DNA from: Sphaerodactylus townsendi
Lineage: Eukaryota
DNA length: 64,000 nt
Direction of reading: 5' to 3'
Assembly (NCBI RefSeq): GCF_021028975.2
Contig: NC_059432.1
Coordinates: forward strand, 28,210,001 to 28,274,000
Both the position numbers and the translations under genes were made by a program. Below are positions 1 through 11,400 of this stretch, piece after piece; position 1 is the stretch's first letter; each line of letters starts with the position of its first letter. The notes under the pieces are model-generated. The model was not told the DNA's origin. It searched no databases and saw nothing but the letters and a program-made list of their open reading frames with translations.

Positions 1-559
1 AACAGGCAGGCTCTGGGATCTTTGGGCTCGAACGAACTGCCGCTCTCCCTTTCGGGTTGACAGCGCCTCCCGGAGACGCCGGAAGCGCTCCTCATGAAAG
101 ATCAGCAGCGGGCGGCTCAAGCAGAGTCTTGTCGCCTCACGCAAATCTTTACTCCGGCCTGGCGCTTGGGGTTATTTCCGCCAGCCCGTCCCTGAAGTCC
201 CTGTTCGCTCCTGGAGCCACTGAGGTCGTTTGGGATCATTCAGCCCTCACCAACCTCGGAGGTCACTTCCGGCTTCCAACGCACTCTCCCCACCCGGGTG
301 TTCCTCGGCCCATGGAATTAGCCCCGCGGTTTACGCCCTCCAAGCTGCCTGGCCCTCCCCAATGCCTCTGACCATGTGCAAGATGTTCTTCCTGAGCCTG
401 TTTCTCCCCTTGTCCCTGCGGGATGATCTACCGCCCGCCTGCAGACCTGGCGCGCAGACTCGATGCCTGTATCGGAGTTGATGCTAGACTTTGTGCCCCT
501 TCGCCGGAGGGCGCATTGCCTTTGTGGTTTCTGATGGCCCTGCTCCCCCCTATCCCCTC

Positions 560-830
560 TGACCCGATTTTCCCTGTTTTGGTGGGGCCTCTCTATTCCC
601 ATGTTGGTTGATACTGGGGCCTCCTGCTCTGTTCTGAATTCTACTGTACGCTCCCACGCGGGGAGGAGGTCGCGTGTCATGGGTGCTAGTGGCGAGCTGC
701 AGCTTGTTCCCCTACTGCCTCCTCGGACCCGTCTCGCTGGTCTCCGTGGCGTCGAAAGCATTCCTTCCTCAACATGGAGGATTGCCCGGGTCTCCCTTTT
801 GGGTCAGCGACCTACCTCGAAATTAGAACG
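560..830 (+). pseudogene. Retroviral aspartic protease remnant (frameshifted)
   Basis: DPIFPVLVG / PMLVDTGASCSVL ... VMGASG ... SLLG(RDL): catalytic DTG, flap glycines and C-terminal GRD motif in the canonical order. Confidence 0.8.
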
Positions 831-2069
831 CTCTCCCTTTCATTTTCCCACTCTGGCTGCTCGCTGACTTTGGGACCTGAATTGAGGAAATTCGCCTCGC
901 CGCCCCGCTCTGATGGCCCCTATCACTGAATCAGTCCTCGGGCTGCAGACCCGCCGCTCCCAGCCCCACGTGCCCCTGCTCAGTTGTCCAAGTGCCTACT
1001 TACGCTGCACGGACTGGGCGCTCCTCGACTCAAACGGTGCTGGAGTTTGCGGCCTGACCTCGCTTCGCCCTTTGGGTTCCGGGAATGATGTTGTATCCTC
1101 TCTTGGCGCCTGCCACCCACTGCAAGGCGAGAAGGCTCGCTGTGTGCTTACAGCATGTAGAACGGTGGCGGCTAAAAGGCGGTGGGATTCTCGGACCCGC
1201 TTTTGACCACAACTCTGTCCTCCGCTGCCTTGGGCTGGCCCGCCTCACAGCTACTGCTGGTCCCCTCTCTGACTCACACCTGGGGCCGCTTATGCCTCTG
1301 CTCTGCCCGGGTGCCCCGGCCCCGTCTTCGTGGTGAGCTGGGCGGGCAGCTAAGGAAATTTTAGCCGGGACATCGTGGCCCCTGTTGCCCCGCCCGCCAC
1401 CCCTCATTCTCCTGACATGCACTCCCTCGAGCCCTGCCCCTGCCGGCCGGGCGGTAGTTTTCCTTTTTTCGCCTCATGGTTTGGGCGGATTTGTCGCCCT
1501 CGGGTTCACATGGTAGCGGGCGGGTGGCCTGGTTTTTCGCTTCCTTTGTGCCTCGGCCTCCCTAATTTTGTTGGGTCCCCTGCTTTTAAATTTTTACGCG
1601 TCTTGGTTGGTGGGTCTGGGTTTTGTGTTGTTTCTGGAGACATTGCCTCCCAGGGTGAGAGAATCCAGACCACACTTAAAATGGATGCAATGTCTCAGAT
1701 CCAACCAGCCGGCTTTCAACCAGCCAGCTTTTTCTTCTTTTGGCCCTTTAGAAAACGCTTGCAGTCTCAGAGCACACGCAGAATTTCAGTCCTGAGGCTC
1801 CAGCCAATTCTGTAGACAAGGGATTAGTATTGTGAGTCCGGGAGGCGATTTTCAGGCTGACACGCGGCTCGGACTCGTCAAACCCGGCACCTCAGCTCTT
1901 TGCCATAGAGTGAAGCCTTCCTAAGCGCAGTTGGGCGAACAGATCGGAACGGAGCTTTGCATGTCCACAAAGCTTAGAATAGTGCCACAACTGCTGCCAA
2001 AAGCTGTATAAGGGGAAGGCGGGGCTGGTTTCAGGGTATCACTAGGATGAAAGGAGGAGTTCCGCGTTT

Positions 2070-3580
2070 ATGCTGCTTCTTTTGTTTGGGTGTATCCTTC
2101 TGTTTAAACTGTGTCAGCATCTGGACCCATTTTGCCACATGAGTCACCAGGTTTCTTTGTTCTGTTTCTGGCTACTCTGTTTTAGCTCAGTTCACTACAA
2201 GCCCTGGTGGCTGCTTGGCCCTGCTGTTCAGACCAATGCCTGGTGGGGAGTTTTTCTCTGGTTTTCATTCTGTCTTTTTCACACCAAAGGCGGGAGGACC
2301 TTAGCTGGCCACTCCTAAAAACTATGTACAGTTGGCCTATTTACATATCAACATATTTACAGTTAAAAACCAGTCCTACTGTGTAATGTGTTGTATGCAG
2401 GGCAGCACGCAGGGACAATGACGGTTCCCAAGAAGACTGCATATGTCTAGCTTGGGAACTCCAGCCTTTTGCCCCTCCAAGCATATTCACAGTAGACACG
2501 GTGGACACCATTAAAACCACAATGGAAACCCGGTTACTTACATCGCCACTGACACCCTCACGGCCCATGCCACCCTCCGGGCGGAAACGGTCTGGGATCC
2601 GAAACCCTGTTGTGAATTCATCTTTTTCGTCTGTAATTAGCTATGCATACCCATGATTCCTATAGCCCAGCCCTTTGGTTGGTCAGGCGGTCCAGACACC
2701 GTGGAGCCTGTTTACGCTTATGTCATTGACGCTGCTCACCTACGCTTAGGCTTGCTCTTGCCCTAAGGGTTTCAGCCCCGTTCTGACACTCCCTTCTCGC
2801 TTACTTGCCGCTTTTCTACCCTATACCGTATGTTTCTCACCCGAATGTTTAAGTGTTTTTTCCTATGCAGCGGTTGTTTCAGCAAGTTACATGGGAGGTG
2901 TCCAGGCACTTTTCATAAAATTATATGGACTTTTGGCTGGCCGCACTGGGACCCGGTCTAGGCACAGATCTGGATAAAGCCGAGTTCAAGCGTTCATGCC
3001 CCGCTGCGCTTGATGTCCTCGGTTGAGATCGCGACCTGGGATCGATGCCGCTTCGCCTCTCTGGTGGCCGAGGAGCCTGGCGGAAGATGCCATTGACCTA
3101 CTTCGTTGCCAAGATGTGAAGAGCGGTGCCATGCCAGCTGACAGCCACCCCGCCAGAAGTACCAGCAAGTGATCCCGGCATTACCCTGAGCCGCCTCCCG
3201 GAGATGCCAAGGATTCTGTAAGCCGGATTCCCTGGACTGGAGCGTGCGCAGCGCTGGGTTTCAATGCCAACTGTGATCACCAACTGTCTCTGCGCTGAGA
3301 CCGGCTTATTGCTCGAAACGGACCCTCGCTTCTACTGGTCCTCACATCAAGACGTCCATCGCAGGCCCGACGTTTCTGCCTTCCGTGTTGTCTCAACTCC
3401 AGCCCTTTGGGTCTCCTCCGGTTGCGGGAATACCTCCATCGTCCCGCCTGCTAATTCGAACGCTTCAGAAAGTGCCTGGACTACCCCTGTTGTTCCTTCT
3501 TTGGTTGGGTTTACTTGGGGATCTCCCTGATTTATGGGTGTACTTGGATGTTCTGTTGTATATGTATGATATGTTCTTAA
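2070..3580 (+). pseudogene. Env-like remnant of the ERV
   Basis: Hydrophobic N-terminal ORF (2070..2318), NQSYCVMC CxxC motif, Gly-rich fusion-peptide-like stretch near 2920-2970, tentative ISD-like AID(L/Y) near 3080-3130, and WVYLGISLIYGCTWMFCCIC just before the LTR. Many stops and frameshifts. Confidence 0.5.
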
Positions 3581-3733
3581 AGGTCCCAATGCTCCCGCTG
3601 TCTGCCAAGAGCCTGTCATGCCTCGCATCCCTGGACTACCCAGTGCAGCCAGGCCCCTTCCCGTACTCACAAGCGAATTAAATTAGCATTCACGCCATGA
3701 TTGCAAATGGTATGGAAAGCCCAGAAATGGGAA

Positions 3734-4472
3734 TGATAGCGGAGCCAGGAGAGAATCCAGCTCTGGACTGCGTCTGAACTAAAAACGTTTGAAAGATTTA
3801 TTCTGTTTTGTATTTATTAGGTAGAAACTAGTTTGTATTAGATAAGAATAGGATTTGTAAGTTTTCCTGTACTTGTGTTTGTATGGAACCTCCTTGGCCC
3901 AAGGCAGAGAGCCATCGCTGCCTCAACACCCGACCCATCCCATTCACGCAGTAAAGTTTCTTGATGCACGTGGACAAAGGGAAACCTCCGTCGAGGCTTT
4001 GCCCTGCTCTAATCCCATCAGCAGGCAGATAAAGGAGGAACACGTCATCGCTCTCTGCCTCCCTGACCCTGGACACCTGGAGAAAACCTTTGTGTTTCCC
4101 CGTCAGTGAACACGTCCTATCGCCTCGCCCTGCTCTGGCGCCGAAACTTGAGAAGGGGATGCCTATCGGACACTGATTGGTTCCTGCATGTTGCAATGTC
4201 TGATTGGTTGTGTTGAATTTTGTTAATGAATGGTGGTGGGCTGTCTTTGGTTCTCCCGGTCCCCCGACGGGAGAAAGTGTACTTAAGGGGTTGCAAAGCT
4301 GCTAGGCGGCAGAGCTGTTGTGCGGAAGGGAGGTGCTGACACCTAGGTCAGCATCTCAATAAATCTCTTTTATTTATCTGAGCCTTGTCGGGTCTTGCTT
4401 GGGTTCCTGGGCGCTGCCGAGAGCGGGATACCTCTGAGTAAGGAAAGTGTTATCCTGAGCAGCGCGGTAACA
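3734..4472 (+). mobile_element. 3' LTR of the ERV
   Basis: Purine-rich AGAAATGGGAA precedes TGATAGCG (3734); element ends CGCGGTAACA (4472), an imperfect terminal inverted repeat. Contains two inverted CCAAT boxes (CTGATTGG near 4173 and 4200), TATA-like TACTTAA near 4280 and AATAAA at 4358-4363. The 5' boundary is less certain than the 3'. Confidence 0.65.
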
Positions 4473-4600
4473 CTGAGAAGGGGTTACTAAAGCAACCTCC
4501 CCGTCCAATAGGGACTGGAGGTGCGTGTGTGCAGCAGCGCCACTGTTTGAATCCCACCACCATCGGAACCTGTTATTAAATTTTTTGGATCCAACCACTG
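4473..4600. mobile_element. Right end of a non-autonomous hAT-like MITE interrupted by the ERV
   Basis: GTTTGAATCCCACCACCA..GGAACCTG.TA.TAAA.TTTTTGGATCC.ACCACTG is shared with the element ending at 15992; CACTG terminus. Confidence 0.6.
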
Positions 4601-4899
4601 ACCGGGTTCCTATAGAAAAGGCATAATCAACTGTCCAATTGCCTTGTCTTCAAATTGCAATAGAGGAGGGAGTGGAAATGAAGACGGAGGCAGAATTACA
4701 CAGGACAGTTCTGTAACGTTAATATTTTGAGTACATTTTTTTAATCTTGTCCTTCCTCCAAGCACCTCGGGCTGTCCTACATCAACCTTTATTTTATCCT
4801 CACAACAACCCTACAGAGTAGAGCAGGCTGACGAAGACAATGCGGGTCTCACCATTACTGGGATTGCTGTGTGGGGAGGAAACGTCATCCAGACAAACC

Positions 4900-5400
4900 T
4901 ACTTTAAAACCGAAGCCCGCCATCCCAATGAATGGAGCCACGTCGCCCTTCGTGACGGCAAATATAGACCGGAACTTTACGCTACTCTTGCCTTTCCTTA
5001 TCTCTATGCGAGAATCGGCCCGCCGCGGAGACTGCGCAGTACGGCGAGCTGTAGCCGCTGGGCGGCCAGGATGAAGAAGCCCGAGAGGGCAGCGAGTGTG
5101 CGCCTGCGCAGAGCCGTGACGGGCGGGAGGTCGCCTGTCCAATCAGCGGCGGCCTCCCGAACGCGCCTGGCCCTTCTCCAGTCTCAGCCTCGTTCGGCGC
5201 CGGCATCATGGCCAGTTACGGCTTGGAGGAACGTGGCTGCCTGAATAGCCTCGAGTACCGGCTGTTCTTCAGTGAGTCCCTGCGGGGAGGGCTCGGCGGG
5301 AAAAGCTTCGCTGGGATGGCCACTGCTGCAAACCCAAGAGAGGAGAAAGGCAACCTCTCCTGGGGAAGAGCCACCCGCAGCAATGCATCGCCCTGCTGGT
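4900..5400 (+). promoter_or_regulatory. PPA1 CpG-island promoter
   Basis: CpG-rich; NRF1-like TGCGCCTGCGCA at 5099-5110, GC box near 5121, CCAAT near 5139, ETS-like CCGGAA near 4969; directly upstream of the ATG at 5208. Confidence 0.8.
5208..5271 (+). CDS. PPA1: PPA1 coding exon 1
   Basis: [21 protein letters not shown], donor GTGAGT at 5272. Confidence 0.93.
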
Positions 5401-8400
5401 TTCAGATCAAAGCCCGGCTCAGGAGCCTTTATAAATTCCCTTTTATCTTTTCTGCCCTGTTTGTATGCGTTGTATAGAGGGGCTGTTGAGAGGGGTGCCC
5501 GGGGGAGAAATGGAAATAGACTATCCCCGGGCTGACCTGCTTTAGCTTGTTTTATTTAAAGCTTTTCTGTTTTGCCGCTTTTGCTTAGATTGAAGGTGCG
5601 CCCTATACTGAAAGGCTGCAGTCAGACAATTGTGTTACGGTTTGCAGTAACCTCTATAATTGCTCTAGTGGGACTCTGGTGGCGCCTCAAAGGTTGACAG
5701 AATTTTATCCCTGTGGCGAAGAAGTTAAGCTCAGTATGAACAAACAGCTTCTAGTTTATGAAAGCTCATTCAGGCACTAACGTGCTTTGCTTGAAAATGT
5801 CACTAGACTCTTGCAACAGAGTGAGATTGCTAGCCCTCTGAATTTATCCATAAACATTGCTTATTAAATATTGGCTTAAGTCCAGAAAAAGACTCTTAAG
5901 GTAGCTTTGCTGCAATCATAGATTATTCTTTTTAAAACAATTGCATGCAATAAAAAATAGTTGTAAGCATGTGCACAGATTGCTCTCCTGTGCTCGGAAG
6001 GGCATGCCACACCCAGTGATGCCAGCTGAGAATTGGCTGCATGTGTGAATGTGTAGCTTCCAGCACAGGCTTGAGTTCATCTCTGTCTCTTTACAAATCG
6101 TGGTGCCTGTGTAATTCTTTGTAAAAAGAGAGAACTGGGTGCCTAATAGCACCTGTTCAGGGAACTAGAGGGAGATGAGAGAATGAAGGAAGGAAGAAAT
6201 GCAGAAAGACTGTGTGAGGGACCTCAAGCTGTAAAGCAGGTGTCCTCTGGAATAACAGGCAAGAAAAAATTAAATGTGTCCAGTAGCACCTTAAAGACTT
6301 AACAAAATGTATTGCAGCTTAAGTGTTTTGGGAGTCTGAGTTCCCATTGTCAGGCGGGTGAAGCAGATATGCTTCATGCAGCTGATGTATATCTTACCAC
6401 ATAAATGTGAACTTCATGAATCTGGAAAAGTAAGCTCTGTCTCATGGCCTGAAACTTAGCTATTAAAGGGCTGTTGAACTCTCAATTTTGTCACTCCTCT
6501 AGTGAGAAAAGGAACGAGGATTGCTATGAAGTCTATGTGGTATAGATTGGCTCGTTGGACCATTTGGGCTACATATACAAACTCATGCATTTATATTTCA
6601 TATTCGTTAATTATTATTCTTGACTTGATGCTGTTAGCTTGTAATGTAAGTGAAACTTACACACACCATTCTTTCCTGGATGATCCAAAAAAAGGAGCTA
6701 AACGGTCACAAACCCATATTCTGTAAACTTGGCTGTTTCTTCCATATCATGGTATAAAATGTCTGCTTTTATGAGAGCTTAGAATGGATCAGGACCTGTC
6801 ACGTTTCAGAATGTCTTTAAGACATGAGCTAGCTTGGAGAGATGATGGGGTCATGTTATGGGCAGTAGCCATCTGTAATGGTGGAATGGGTTCTTAGGAA
6901 ATATCTTGTGTGAAGTGGCAGGAACTGTCAAACGAGCCCTTCGTGAGCAGCTCCCATTCCACCCTCCCCCACATGACAAACAAAGGTGAGTTTAAAGTCT
7001 GACCTGACTGCCAGAGATCAGTAGTGAAGGTGGCTGTAAAACTAAAGCCTTCTACAGTATGATCCTTTAAGGCGATTTTCTTTCCTCCGCGGTAATGCCA
7101 CACCCCTCAGAGTCTCAGTTATCACTGTGAAGGTAAAAGTGGCTTTGTGTGGGAGAGAGAGGACATTGACAAATGTTTGCTTAAGTGTTCTTACTGGATC
7201 AGAAGAAATAAGTTGATTAATGAACTGAACTGCTTGAATGAAGGAGTGCTTTGGGCCAACTTACACAATCCCTTTTTGCCCTCTTTCACAATGAGGGGAA
7301 TTCATTACTTATTCTTCTGCTCTGCAAATCAGAATTCTCTTTCAGTTTTAAGGGAAGGAGATGACATTAAATTGTTTCTGTAAGTTACCCTTCATACCAA
7401 AATTGAATCCCGGTCTTCCTTTCTTTGAGTAATTAGTCTTGGCATGCATTCTTATAAATTCCCTTGGACAGGAAAAAGGAATATAGCAAACAGCTCTCTT
7501 CAGAATAAGAGGGCAGTTGCTCCTTATATACATCACCATTGTTCACCTTTGTTTCCTGGTTCACACCTGTGTGTTTTCCTTGTGTTTATTGAGAGACAGG
7601 ACTCAGTCATTTTTTTCACTGCTGCTGCACACTAAGGTGCCATTTTCATCAAGCCACAACCTCACAATCTCTCAGGCCCAACCAAGTCAGACCCCAGTAG
7701 CATATGTTTGATATTAAGAGTTGTTGTTCCATCCTGAATTGCCTTACACTTACCCACAGAGAAATTCATTTACTGCTTTGTGGCCTACCCACCTAATGTA
7801 GAGAGAGATTCCTGGCAACTCTTCATAATTAGCCTTGGTTTTCCATTTTTCTAAACAAGGATGTACCATAAAAGTTTTCTCATGGAACGTCTTGGTCTTT
7901 GCATCGGTAGCATCCAAGTATCTGTGACATGAAAGATGGTTCACAAAGTTTTATCTGTAGTCTCTTATGCTCATGGGAATTTCTCTTTTAGAATTGGAAA
8001 AGGTTAGTAACTATTCCGTATTTTCTTTCTCTGACCTGGGTAGCCCAATCTTGTCAGATCTTGGAAGCTAAGCATGGTCAGCCCTGGGTTCTTTTTGGGT
8101 GGCAGACCTCCAAGGAAGTCCAGGATTGCTGTGCAGAGGCAGGCAATGACAAACCATCTCTGAACATCTCTTTCCTTGAAAATCCAAAGCACAGGTGTCA
8201 AACTCGCAGCCCTCCAGATGTTATGGACTACAGTTCCCATCATCCCCTGCCAGCATCATGCCAGGGTCCTACAGGGTCGCCAAAAGCCAGCTGTGACCTG
8301 ACAGCACTTTCTATCACCACAACTTCCTTTCTGGGCCCTCATCCTAGAGCATATTATTTTATATTTTGTTAATCAGCTTCTTGGTTATTTTATTGTCGTC

Positions 8401-11400
8401 TGCTCCAAGGGATCCTGCATTGAGTTAAGCAAAAGGAAGCAATCCCTGACATCTTTCTGCAGAGAGGGTAACAGATTTAAACTTGGTAGGGCAATATCCT
8501 GTGGGATTTAAGATAATGCATGCTGCTAAAATGGGTCTAACACTAGTCAGAGTAATTTTCTGTTTTGGAGCTTTTATGGTCGGACTCCTATTGATGTCTG
8601 ATAAAGTTCATGTAGAGTTTTTTTTTCTGATGAAAAGTTATTTTTTGAGATGATGTACCTATAATGTATAATTAATGGACCTTACTGTCTAAAGCATAGT
8701 TCCTATTGTAAGTGTGTGCCATCAAGTAGTAGTTAAAAATGCAGAGGTTACAAACAAGCCATATGAATATTTAGTATACTGTGAAATGCTGCCTGATCAA
8801 AGCATCAGTTTCAAAAGGCAAAGCAGTTCTACTGATTATATCTTGACATTGCATCAACTTCCTCCCTCCCTTCTACGCTATGCCAAATATTCTGGTTTTT
8901 TGCTATTTTTAAAAACAAAGACTTTGGATTGGCTTTCCATAAACTTGTGCTTGGGAGAATAACTTTCACTTTCTTTATGAGACAAGCTGCAAAGGAACTG
9001 CCTGTTCCAGTAAACAAAGAATGAAAGGAGGAAAAGAAATTTATGCAAGGGTATTTTCTTATGAGCAAAGATGAAAGACTGTTGTTGCTTAAGACAGCTT
9101 TGAGAATCCAAAAAGCTGGTTATGAGCCTTACATGTTTTACCTGACTACAAAATCAGAATGAAATTTTCCAGATGGCTTTATAGCAAATCAAGCCATCCA
9201 TTATGCCTATTTATTGACAAACGGCCATTTTCTAGGCATTTCTACATTTGTTATCTAATAAATCTTTTAACTAGAAATGCCGGAGATCTTAAAGAATATT
9301 TCTGTTAGATGCAGCTAATCCCCCCTTCCGTATTCCATGTGAGTGTGTGGGAATGGTTTTGCATGGTAAAAACCTACCGTATATACCGGCGTATAAGACG
9401 ACTGGGTGTATAAGACGACCCCCCCCACTTTTCCAGTTAAAATATAGAGTTTGGGATATACTCGCCATATAAGAGTACACGGCGTATAAGACGACCTCAG
9501 ACTTTACAGATGATTTCCCAGGGTTCAAAAGTAGTCTTAAACGCCAGTATATACAGTATGTGCTTGCATCACCTGTGAATATTTTAACCATATGGAAAGT
9601 GTTCTGCTGGGTGTCTTACACCTGATCCGTACCTACAAGGATATGGGAAGATCTGCCCCCCCTCCCCAAACCCCTCAGATGTGATTGGCAAATTCACAAA
9701 TGCTTCTTACAGGTGTGTTTATTAGTACAGAAAATCATTTGGGGATGTCTGTGATTGTTTGGCATAAGAGTAATGGAATTATGATGTGTGGCCTCAGATA
9801 TGAATGAGAAAGTACTTGAATAACGGTTGGGGGTGTTATAAATTACACGTGTTTGTCAAAGGGCACTTGGTGATCTCCTATCTGAAAGGAATGAGCTTGG
9901 GTTAGAGGCTGCATCCAGAGCAGAGGACAGTCTTAGATTTTTATGGTAGTACTGATTCGTCATGACATAGTGACTAGGTATTATGTGTAAGATGGAAGGG
10001 TTGAACTTTATAAGACCTACAAATTGTAGCATTGGTTTCATTGATATCAGAATTTACTGATCAAGCCGGGCCTTGTTTTCAAATTCTCTAAACTTTCTAG
10101 CCATGGTATTTGAGGCTTATTTTGATATTGCATCTAACTGAGGAATTGCTCTTGATCACTTCTTTGTTTTTGTTTTCCAGAGGACAATAAAAGACAATAC
10201 ATCTCCCCATTACATGACATTCCAATGTATGCAGATGCACCTAAGGTAATAATTCATGTGATTATATCTTGAGGGTTTTGGTTTCTCTTGCAGAGTGCAA
10301 AGGGGGATTTTGCGAGTAGAAACCAGTTTGATTTGGTTTCCATCAAAAGGGCAAGTGCTGTTTGTCTGGGTCTTCCTGATGTGGCAGTTAAGGCAATTCT
10401 CTGCATCTTTCTTAAGCAGTACATCTTAAACTAAAAATGACGATGGTTTGAGCACAGTATGCTCCAAGCTAGGCTGGAGAAACAAGTTCTTTATTGCCTG
10501 AGTTCAAGTTGTCAGTGACTTCTTCAGCTTCTCCTCTACCTTTCACTCCCTTCACTGAACAAGCAGTTCTGAGCTGTCCCTGAATTTCAATGGGAGGAAA
10601 CAAGGAGTGACCTAATCTTCCTGCAGTGCTGGGTCTGTCGGAGTAGAGATGGAGAAACTGGATATTTCATGTCCAGTTCTTATAACGTACGCTTTCTCTG
10701 CATCTTTCATTTTCCTTGTAAACGTGCTAAGTGTTTCTTGGCCTCTCTCAAGATTTAGGCTTTTTTTTTTCTTACGTAAAAAAGAAATTTCTCCTCATTT
10801 CTTATGTTGGATTCAAAGATACTACATTTCTTTTATTTCTAGCATCCTGTCTAATGTTATGTTTGTACATAATATTTGCTGAACTTTTTAAATAAATTTC
10901 TATCAATCTCAGCAGGCATGTAGTGCACAGAGGCGGTATATAATTCAGCGTGGCAAACTATTCAAATGTTAACTTGTAGAAAGGATAGCTGCCAAGAAAC
11001 TGGCCTTGTCTAGGCATTTCTTGGCCTCTCAAATTTTGATTCAGGCTTTTGGGCCTAGTCAAGTTACTGAAGACTCCTTTCTGGGAAATTAATGTCACAC
11101 TGTCTCGCAGTTTCCAGAGAGATCAGGGACGAGATGGAGTCAGACACAGGTGCAGTCGTCGTGGGCCTGGGAGCTTCAAGGCCAGAGACTCAGATGGAGT
11201 TTTGCAGTCTGATCCCAACACATTAGTCCAAGTAACTCTGGGCAGGGATGAGTTACTTGACTGTGACTATGTGCTAGCTGCAGAAGTACGTGGTTATGTG
11301 TCTTAGCACCATAGGACCAGGATAGCTTCAAGTAGTCATGAAACAAGACCACTCATTCTAGTCTGTTCCTTTGGGTCTTCCTTTTTTCTTTTTGGCCAGG

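Larger units (their letters stand above)
1..4472 (+). mobile_element. Degenerate endogenous retrovirus (class I, gamma/epsilon-like), 3' portion: pro - deleted pol - env-like - 3' LTR; 5' end outside the window
   Basis: Retropepsin motif LVDTGASCSVL (ORF 601..867) and frameshifted SLLG-R-DL end motif near 795-815; RT connection-like VAGGWP near 1513-1530; integrase C-terminal-like TTAAK..RGRRGWF near 1987-2031; env-like CxxC (NQSYCVMC near 2368-2391) and a hydrophobic TM/Cys-rich segment near 3490-3580; LTR at 3734-4472. All reading frames are broken. Confidence 0.75.

Noticed and set aside
8037-8120. 5S rRNA gene
   Set aside because: Partial and diverged 5S similarity running into a SINE body with several dispersed copies; it is a 5S-derived SINE.
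10181-10245. PPA1 exon 2 slightly longer than the human exon as recalled
   Set aside because: In-frame two-codon difference in a variable region; no evidence of functional novelty.
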